Notes under the pieces: model-generated
The model's database searches: none
The model's input: the letters and a program-made list of their open reading frames with translations, nothing else
Told to the model about the DNA's origin: nothing
Position numbers and translations under genes: made by a program
Source: a bacterium
GTDB taxonomy: Bacteria; Hinthialibacterota; Hinthialibacteria; Hinthialibacterales; Hinthialibacteraceae
NCBI GenBank assembly: GCA_963662285.2
Contig: CAXXMV010000001.1
Span: 352,001-416,000 of the forward strand
Length of the DNA stretch: 64,000 nucleotides
Direction of reading: 5' to 3'
In this document: in pieces, positions 57,547 to 64,000 of the stretch
Layout: the number at the start of each line of letters is the position of its first letter
Numbering within the stretch: position 1 is the first letter of the stretch

Positions 57547-58103
57547 CTCACCTCGGTAATACAAGACTGCAAACGCCTTCGTAATATATCTCTGGCTTTG
57601 GCTAAACGGCTTTTCACCGTGCCGACCGGATTCCCGGTCATTTCAGCGATATCCAGATAACTAAGTTCTTCAAATTCACGCAGAATGACAATCTCCCGCA
57701 TTAGCGGCGGCAATGATAATACCGCCCCCATGATCATTCGGTTTCGTTCATCATCAAGCAATGACTCTGCTGGATTCCGGTCAGGACTGTTTAGATCAAA
57801 AGAATCATCTATCGCCACCTCAACTACTTTAGTCTTCTTACGCAACCAGCTGATGCATAGGTTCCTCACCACTACAAACAGCCACTTGCGCACCGCTTCT
57901 CCTTCAGGAACATCAGGCGGTTTTCGGCTAAAACGAAGAAAAGCTTCTTGAACCATATCCACCGCAGTTTCGTTGCTGCCTAGCATACGAAACGCAAAAC
58001 GATATAGGTCTTTATAATTCAACTGTATAGCTTGCATGCAATCTATACTCAAAATTCGCTTCTCCCAGAGATAAGTCTCGCAATTATTACCAATAACGTA
58101 CAT
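57543..58103 (-). CDS. ECF RNA polymerase sigma factor
   Basis: DMVQEAFLR, WLFVVVRN, LREFEELSYLDIA, GTVKSRL. Confidence 0.93.
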   Translation of the reverse strand: MYVIGNNCETYLWEKRILSIDCMQAIQLNYKDLYRFAFRMLGSNETAVDMVQEAFLRFSRKPPDVPEGEAVRKWLFVVVRNLCISWLRKKTKVVEVAIDDSFDLNSPDRNPAESLLDDERNRMIMGAVLSLPPLMREIVILREFEELSYLDIAEMTGNPVGTVKSRLAKARDILRRRLQSCITEVR

Positions 58104-58138
58104 TATTTTGAGAATCGCCTTAAGCTCTCATAATCATC

Positions 58139-58164
58139 TACGCAACATTTATGGGAAAGTTCGA
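58139..58164 (-). promoter_or_regulatory. Putative autoregulatory ECF promoter
   Basis: Minus strand TCGAAC-N16-CGTA, matching the AAC/CGT pattern of ECF promoters, just upstream of the sigma gene. Confidence 0.6.
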
Positions 58165-58244
58165 TTTTTTTAAAGAGGAGGGTATTAAATATTGACTACT
58201 ACACATGAGTATACAACAAACATCGATCCATCAACATGACTGAA

Positions 58245-58583
58245 TCAATCTATCAAATCATCCAACGCTTCAAAATCAGTGGAATAAATCTTGAAACTCT
58301 TGTCCAAATGAACCACGCTGAACAACTCTTTCATGTTTTCATTGGCTGCGCACAGAGCCAGTTCTCCGCCGCCGTTTAAGGTAATTTTATATGCGTCGGT
58401 TAAAGCATGCAGACCAGCGCTGCTCATATATTCAAGCCGGGAAAGATTAAGTAATACTTTTCCATCACCGTCTCCCACAGCACGATTAAGAACTCCAGAC
58501 AATTCCGATACAGACATGGAATCAACTCGTCCATGCAACTCAAGAACTTTGACGCCTGATTCGATTTTTTCAGTGTATTTCAT
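58245..58583 (-). CDS. STAS-domain anti-anti-sigma factor
   Basis: GRVD and LEYMSSAGL (phospho-Ser motif); GGAGG RBS. Confidence 0.92.
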   Translation of the reverse strand: MKYTEKIESGVKVLELHGRVDSMSVSELSGVLNRAVGDGDGKVLLNLSRLEYMSSAGLHALTDAYKITLNGGGELALCAANENMKELFSVVHLDKSFKIYSTDFEALDDLID

Positions 58584-58612
58584 AATAACGCCTCCATCAT
58601 GACAATGACAAT

Positions 58613-59746
58613 CTATTTAAAATCAATCACCATCAATGTCAAATCATCATCTGGTTCACCCGCCTGAAAATTTGCCAGATCACTATACATATTATGCATG
58701 AATTCAGCTGAATTTGAACGGCAATTACTGGATATCATTTCCTTCAGACCGTCTTTACCCAGCATTTTATCATCTTGACCTCGCGCTTCCAGAAAACCAT
58801 CAGTATACAAAATTACTCTATCACCAGAATTAACGCCTAGTGAAGTTTCATTATTATCACCAAGTATCTTCTGCGTCACGCCTACCGGAGGCGTGTGTGA
58901 AGCAATGGCTTCGAGTTCTTCTGAAGCACTACGCCACACATATATTTCGGGATGCCCCGCATTGGCGATAGTCATCATTTCATCTTCCAGATCAATAAGG
59001 AGAATCACCATCGTAACAAACATGGAAGTTTTATCAATATTACGAAGTATAAACCGGTTAAGAAGATTGAGCACATTCGAGGGAGGGCGCCGCTCCGCCA
59101 ACCGCTGTTGCAGCTGATTATGGATCAAATTCGCCGTCAGCGCCGCAGAAACGCCATGGCCGCTCACATCATACAAGGCAATGGCATACTCCTGGGGAGA
59201 ATACTGGTGAACTGTAAGATAATCGCCGCCAATTGCAATCAATGGTTCATAGCGGTAATTGATAGAGAGATACTGATTATCAACCGGCTCTGGAAGAAGG
59301 CAGCGTTGAATAGCCGCCGCATGACTCAGGTCTTCTTCTAACTGCTGTTGCTGTTCAGCAACCTTTTTTCTGATCGCGCTGCGCTCCAACACCTTCTCAA
59401 CCACTTTCATCATATAAGGCAAATCAATCGGTTTGGTAATGAAATCAGCCGCGCCATTCTTCATTGCATCAATAGCGTACTCCATTGTCCCGAAGGCCGT
59501 CATGATAACTACCGGGATATCAATTCCTCTAATGCCTTTTTCCTGTAAAAACTGTATCCCACCCATTTTGGGCATCATCAGGTCAGAAATAATCAGATCC
59601 GGTTTATGGGAGTCGAGTATCTCAAGCGCTTTTAATCCATTGTTCGCCTGAAAAACATCGAAACCTTTAAATTCAGCGAAGTCGCTTAAATTCTCTCGAA
59701 TCTCATCTTCATCATCAACAATTAAAAGAACAGTTTTTTCTTCCAT
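58613..59746 (-). CDS. Response regulator with SpoIIE/PP2C phosphatase domain
   Basis: REC domain plus IGGDY, DVSGHG, YTDG, DDLT. Confidence 0.93.
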   Translation of the reverse strand: MEEKTVLLIVDDEDEIRENLSDFAEFKGFDVFQANNGLKALEILDSHKPDLIISDLMMPKMGGIQFLQEKGIRGIDIPVVIMTAFGTMEYAIDAMKNGAADFITKPIDLPYMMKVVEKVLERSAIRKKVAEQQQQLEEDLSHAAAIQRCLLPEPVDNQYLSINYRYEPLIAIGGDYLTVHQYSPQEYAIALYDVSGHGVSAALTANLIHNQLQQRLAERRPPSNVLNLLNRFILRNIDKTSMFVTMVILLIDLEDEMMTIANAGHPEIYVWRSASEELEAIASHTPPVGVTQKILGDNNETSLGVNSGDRVILYTDGFLEARGQDDKMLGKDGLKEMISSNCRSNSAEFMHNMYSDLANFQAGEPDDDLTLMVIDFK

Positions 59747-59759
59747 TATTTTGCCACCT

Positions 59760-60131
59760 TTACACCGACTTAGCTAACATCTCTTCAACGGCTTGCCGCA
59801 TATCTTCTGGAGAATACGGTTTCAGTATGGTACGGTCTGCTCCGTACTGCTCCGCTTGAGCCAGAACTCCTCTGACCGAAGATGCGCTTACCATAGCAAC
59901 TGGTAGATCCGGTTGGATTTTTTTTATCCTTTGAAGCAATTCAAGTCCATCAATGCCTGGAAGTTGGATATCGAACAAAGCTGCATTAAAATCCTGAGAT
60001 GAAAAAAGTTTCAAAGCCTCTTCACCCGACGATGCAGCAACCACTTCATAACCAAAAAATTCTAACAGGTCACGCAGGTTCTCCCTCAACTCTTCTTCGT
60101 CATCAACAATTAAAATTTTCGCCTCAGACAT
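59760..60131 (-). CDS. Single-domain response regulator
   Basis: IVDDE, FDIQLPG, LKPY; AGGAG RBS before 60131. Confidence 0.9.
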   Translation of the reverse strand: MSEAKILIVDDEEELRENLRDLLEFFGYEVVAASSGEEALKLFSSQDFNAALFDIQLPGIDGLELLQRIKKIQPDLPVAMVSASSVRGVLAQAEQYGADRTILKPYSPEDMRQAVEEMLAKSV

Positions 60132-60321
60132 CAAATTCTCCTGATGATACGACAATAAACGAGTTTTTCATACAAACACAGTTCAAACATTAGGTTAAAA
60201 TCCTAAAAAGAAAACGAGATTGTTTTTTAATCCACAATTATTAACTGCATTCCCGCAGACAAACGATCCAAAAACAAACTCAACCTACCTGATATAGTTA
60301 TATTTACACCATAAGCAATCA

Positions 60322-62187
60322 TCATAACATACGATCATTCAAAGACGCAACTGCGATATCCAAAGATTCAATATATTGTCTTACCGCACGGCGGAAATCG
60401 GTATATGCGAAAATAAATTTGTCTTTTAATAACTGAATTGCATTAACTTTACTCTTATCGCATCTGGAGATGCAGCCGGGATCACCGAACAATAAAATCG
60501 TAGCACGTGGGGATATAGAAGTACATAATCTGAATACAACATTATAATCATTTTGTAACGTTAAAAATAATTCCAGCGATTGTTTAATAATCAGCAACGA
60601 GTTCTCATCTGAAACATCCAATACTTCCACTTGACCAATAATCCTACCTAATTCGCTGTCCAGTTTACCGCATTCATCCAACAATCCTTGCATCTCGTCA
60701 ATTACATCGCCTATCCTTCTAGTCAATGGCTCATCAAGTGATTCCAGTAAAAACGACTTATCAATCTTTGACTCTGGCAGGGATAAAATCACTTCATCAA
60801 AATCACAGAATTCCACCCCGTCAATTCGGGCGCCTTGGGTTGATGTATTAATCACACGGCCATAAGTTTTTCTAATCATCAACACCAGCGAATCCAGAAA
60901 CATTCTCAATTGCATCGAGGTTTTCACCATGGAACCATCATTGGCGACAACCTCACACATTTGTTGGATATCTCTCTTGGGAATTTTCAAATCATTTTGC
61001 ATGGCGCCATCGGCATATTGCCGTTCTCCGCAGAAAGCGAAATCCAGTCCGGTCAAAACAATCGGCGAGCAACCCAACTGACGCGCAATATGATATGCGG
61101 CATGAGCCGTCGATCCGAAAGAATCCACCGCACCCAGCGCCTTGATTGATTTCAGTTCATTGATAAAACGAATGGCATGATGGGTGAAGAAATAACTTCG
61201 CCCCCGAAATTGTCGGATAATATTTGGATGAACCGAAGGCGACGCAACCAGTACAGCCTTATCTTGTGAGATGCCATCAAAATGCCGTGCGTTCAAATCG
61301 GTAAAATCCACGCTGACAATCACATCTGCCGAGACGCCATTACACTGTAAATTCCCCAACGCCGTATCTACCGCAATAATTAGCGACTGGGCTTGAATTG
61401 ACCTGATCTTTTCAACGCTCTCCTGCAAACCCGGCCCCGGCCCGACCACCAGCGCTGGAATCCCCGGCGCGGCATTCAGCAGACGAAGAAATGGAGCTCC
61501 ATCCAGCATCGCGCCTAGATTGGAAACGCAGTTTCTTAAAACAAAACTGCCCTGCGCCGCCATAGTCCTCAACTTAATCGATTCTCTTTGCGCAACTTTT
61601 TGAAGAGCCTTTTTCAAATCAGCTATATATTCATGATACTGTTTCATGCTTGCCATGACGCTATGCAACTGGATTCCCATAGCCCGCATACGGTTCCCGG
61701 TAATTCCATCAAAGGGAAGCCGTACAGCCTCTTCCGGGCTGCATCCTGATACAAACCGGACACGGTGCGATTGCAGCAGTTCCGTAAAATCGACTAAATG
61801 AAAAGCAGATTTAAGAACAGCCGGATCAGGTTCAACAATCCAGATAAAGGTATCATCATCAGACAATTTATATATCGATAGGGCTTGATAACCTACGCCA
61901 ATCCCGACCAGCATAATATGCCCATGACGTAAATCCAGCCGATGCTGATGTAAAACCCATTCATCAGCTTTCTCTGTTGGATTCGTCAAATCGTCTAAAG
62001 TCATGTATCGTCCATCCGGTTGAATAAAACCCATGACCGGAGAACCATCAGCAGCATTGACATACTTGATAGCAACAGAATCCAGTTCAGTTTCACACAA
62101 GAGGCAAAACAAATCAAAATCCGAACGCCGGAGCGCATCGATATTCTCCATCCATACAGGATTATTAATACGGATTGAATTAATCAT
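60322..62187 (-). CDS. DUF115 / motility-associated factor (Maf) glycosyltransferase-like protein
   Basis: GIGVGY..IVEPD, VVGPGPGL, AVDTAL, GSTAHAA..LGCSPIVLTGLDFAF, INTSTQGARIDG. Confidence 0.82.
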   Translation of the reverse strand: MINSIRINNPVWMENIDALRRSDFDLFCLLCETELDSVAIKYVNAADGSPVMGFIQPDGRYMTLDDLTNPTEKADEWVLHQHRLDLRHGHIMLVGIGVGYQALSIYKLSDDDTFIWIVEPDPAVLKSAFHLVDFTELLQSHRVRFVSGCSPEEAVRLPFDGITGNRMRAMGIQLHSVMASMKQYHEYIADLKKALQKVAQRESIKLRTMAAQGSFVLRNCVSNLGAMLDGAPFLRLLNAAPGIPALVVGPGPGLQESVEKIRSIQAQSLIIAVDTALGNLQCNGVSADVIVSVDFTDLNARHFDGISQDKAVLVASPSVHPNIIRQFRGRSYFFTHHAIRFINELKSIKALGAVDSFGSTAHAAYHIARQLGCSPIVLTGLDFAFCGERQYADGAMQNDLKIPKRDIQQMCEVVANDGSMVKTSMQLRMFLDSLVLMIRKTYGRVINTSTQGARIDGVEFCDFDEVILSLPESKIDKSFLLESLDEPLTRRIGDVIDEMQGLLDECGKLDSELGRIIGQVEVLDVSDENSLLIIKQSLELFLTLQNDYNVVFRLCTSISPRATILLFGDPGCISRCDKSKVNAIQLLKDKFIFAYTDFRRAVRQYIESLDIAVASLNDRML

Positions 62188-62262
62188 ATATCTCTACATC
62201 AGTCGTTTAGTGGTTATTAAAACAAACGTTCATTAAGGCAAGTATCCACCATAAAACTAAAT

Positions 62263-62302
62263 AAAAAAAGGGACTATCGAAACAGCCTGTTCGATAATCC
62301 CT
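62263..62302 (-). terminator. Rho-independent terminator
   Basis: Minus strand AGGGATTATCGAACAGGCTGTTTCGATAGTCCCT followed by U6; a G-U pair favours the minus strand. Confidence 0.8.
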
Positions 62303-62620
62303 ATAAAAAGGTTTGTTGCTTATTCTTAAAGCGATAACCCTGGTCAGATAAAAAAGGGGGGTTTTTTAACGATCAGCGCTTAATTGTATGAAGATTCTGC
62401 TGGCGGATGGTTATATCTCCACAGAACCTCATTACATTTTTTGTGTATGCTTGATCACGACCAGAGTTATCGGAAAAATATCATGATTCCCATTTACTAT
62501 TATTTATCAATAAAAACGCGGCTAACCAGCGCAAAAAACACGTAGTTTCCCCTGACTCCAAAAGCGGAATTGCCGAACCGCCTACGTCTTCTTTTCAATG
62601 GCTAACCGCTTAATCAACTT
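62263..62620 (-). ncRNA. Candidate structured non-coding RNA (two long stem domains), family unassigned
   Basis: Long imperfect stems at 62518-62609 and 62321-62480 whose mismatches are mostly G-U on the minus strand; no convincing ORF; ends at a terminator. Confidence 0.5.
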
Positions 62621-62707
62621 TTCAATTGAATAGAGCTGTTCTTACAATATGTTCATTTATAATCACTATAATATGAACGTTATTGAACAAATCTTAATAT
62701 GCCTTAC

Positions 62708-62722
62708 ACAAAGAACATACCA
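62708..62722 (-). promoter_or_regulatory. Candidate sigma-54 (-24/-12) promoter
   Basis: Minus strand TGGTATG-TTCT-TTGT versus consensus TGGCACG-N4-TTGC. Confidence 0.45.
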
Positions 62723-62809
62723 ATTCCTGACTAGATCATAAAAAGGCACATAAGAGTTTTGAAAATAAAGATTTATATTTTAGTTATACTTGAAGAGATA
62801 CTCTGAAAG

Positions 62810-62859
62810 GGTTGCATTTTGCACCTGTAATCAACAATTAGAGTCGCATAATTGCTACT
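62810..62859. promoter_or_regulatory. Two candidate enhancer (UAS) palindromes for the adjacent activator
   Basis: GGTTGCATTTTGCACC (62810-62825) and AGTCGCATAATTGCTACT (62842-62859), about 90-135 bp upstream of the -24/-12 element. Confidence 0.5.
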
Positions 62860-64000
62860 CCACTCTACGTTTAGAGCGTCCATCTTCGGGGGGAAGTTGT
62901 ATATCTAACGATGCGATTTTTCTGAAAAGAGTACTCTTATGGATGCCAAGTTCCCGTGCAGCAGCCAGTCTATTCCAATTATTACGCTTCAAGGCGCTGA
63001 CAATCATACGCTGCTCCATCTGTTTTATCGTTGTTGGAATACCCTGCAAACCAGCCTCGAACTCATCAGGTCTTAAATATTCAGGAAGATGCCTCATATC
63101 GATTAAACTGCCTTGGCAGAGCACAAATGCATGCTCAATGATATTCTCTAATTCACGGATATTTCCGGGATAATCATGATTTACCATTACATACAACGCC
63201 GAATGGTCGATCTCCATGATCTCTTTATTCTTCAATTGATTAAAATGGGCGATAAAATTATCTATCAACAAAGGAATATCATCTTTGCGTTCGCGCAAAG
63301 GGGGAAGATATAAGCGAATAACGTTAATACGATAATACAGGTCTTGCCTAAATGATTCCGCTTCAACCAGTTTTATTAAATTTTTATTGGTGGCGGCAAC
63401 GATGCGCACATCCGCCTTCACGGTCTGAGTCGCGCCAAGTGGTTCATATTTCTTCTCTTGCAGCACTCGCAACAATCTGACTTGAAGAGCAGGAGAGATA
63501 TCACCTATTTCATCTAAAAAGAGAGTCCCGCCTTCGGCCAAAGCAAAACGGCCCGGTTTATCTCTCTTCGCATCAGTAAAGGCGCCGGCTTTATACCCGA
63601 AGAGTTCCGATTCCAACAAAGTATCCGGTAAAGCGCCGCAATTAACTGCGATAAATGGTTTATTCTTGCGTGGGCTTAAATTATGAATTGCGCGGGCGAA
63701 CAGTTCTTTTCCCGTTCCACTTTCTCCCTCAATCAATGTAGTACTTTCGCTGTTCGCAATCTCCGGCAATATTTCAAATAACTGCTGCATACGGTGATTC
63801 TTGCTGATGATATCATTGAAACTATATTTCTTCATCAACTCTTTATGCAGTTCTTCAACCTGGCTCAAATCACGAAAAGTCTCAACTCCACCAATAATCA
63901 CGCCATCTTTATCTTTCAATAGAGCAGTGGATATACTAATCGGTATACGATCACCATTGGCGTCAATAATATATACAGTCTTATTGGCTATAGGTTGACC
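62855..64000 (-). CDS. PAS-domain sigma-54-dependent Fis-family activator (OrpR-like), 5' partial
   Basis: Frame open to the window end; GESGTGKE, ESELFG, GAFTDA, FLDEIGD, YPGNIREL, C-terminal HTH. Confidence 0.93.
   Translation of the reverse strand, partial: GQPIANKTVYIIDANGDRIPISISTALLKDKDGVIIGGVETFRDLSQVEELHKELMKKYSFNDIISKNHRMQQLFEILPEIANSESTTLIEGESGTGKELFARAIHNLSPRKNKPFIAVNCGALPDTLLESELFGYKAGAFTDAKRDKPGRFALAEGGTLFLDEIGDISPALQVRLLRVLQEKKYEPLGATQTVKADVRIVAATNKNLIKLVEAESFRQDLYYRINVIRLYLPPLRERKDDIPLLIDNFIAHFNQLKNKEIMEIDHSALYVMVNHDYPGNIRELENIIEHAFVLCQGSLIDMRHLPEYLRPDEFEAGLQGIPTTIKQMEQRMIVSALKRNNWNRLAAARELGIHKSTLFRKIASLDIQLPPEDGRSKRRVE

Noticed and set aside
62535-62590. Cobalamin or c-di-AMP riboswitch, or hammerhead ribozyme (minus strand GGCAATTCCG...GGAGTCAGGGGAAAC)
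   Set aside because: Only fragmentary similarity; the other conserved core elements of each family are missing.
62790-63173. 127-aa plus-strand ORF and the many other short ORFs overlapping long genes
   Set aside because: Antisense or out-of-frame shadows of well-supported CDSs, with no recognisable motifs.

Overview
Bacterial chromosomal window of moderate GC, mostly housekeeping and accessory metabolism, with no CRISPR array, prophage or rRNA seen. The gene style (Pro/Thr-linked secreted WD40 proteins, Tat-exported Gfo/Idh/MocA enzymes, DUF6807, FG-GAP proteins, planctomycete-like ABC-2 systems) suggests a PVC-like candidate lineage such as Hinthialibacterota/OLB16; this is inference only. 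In order: partial hybrid histidine kinase; ArsR-ArsP-thioredoxin-ArsF-ArsG operon with two operator palindromes; divergent ABC-2 system; plsC and rpsA (S1 with an 18-bp tandem-repeat acidic tail); proB and obgE; aminotransferase/omega-amidase pair; orphan DNA methyltransferase; a ~1700-aa secreted pseudo-metzincin/WD40 protein; hemA-E-N-Y-H-C; tRNA-His; two glycosyltransferases; a ROK-regulated DegT/Gfo/amidohydrolase cluster interrupted by a REP-flanked tyrosine transposase (RAYT); ECF sigma/anti-sigma; a REC/PP2C/STAS module; a DUF115 protein; and a partial PAS sigma-54 activator. The most interesting unexplained signal is a ~350-nt minus-strand, two-domain structured non-coding region (62263-62620) with its own terminator, lying behind a candidate sigma-54 promoter and paired enhancer sites at the 3' end of the activator gene. 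All calls are from reading the sequence; no searches were run.
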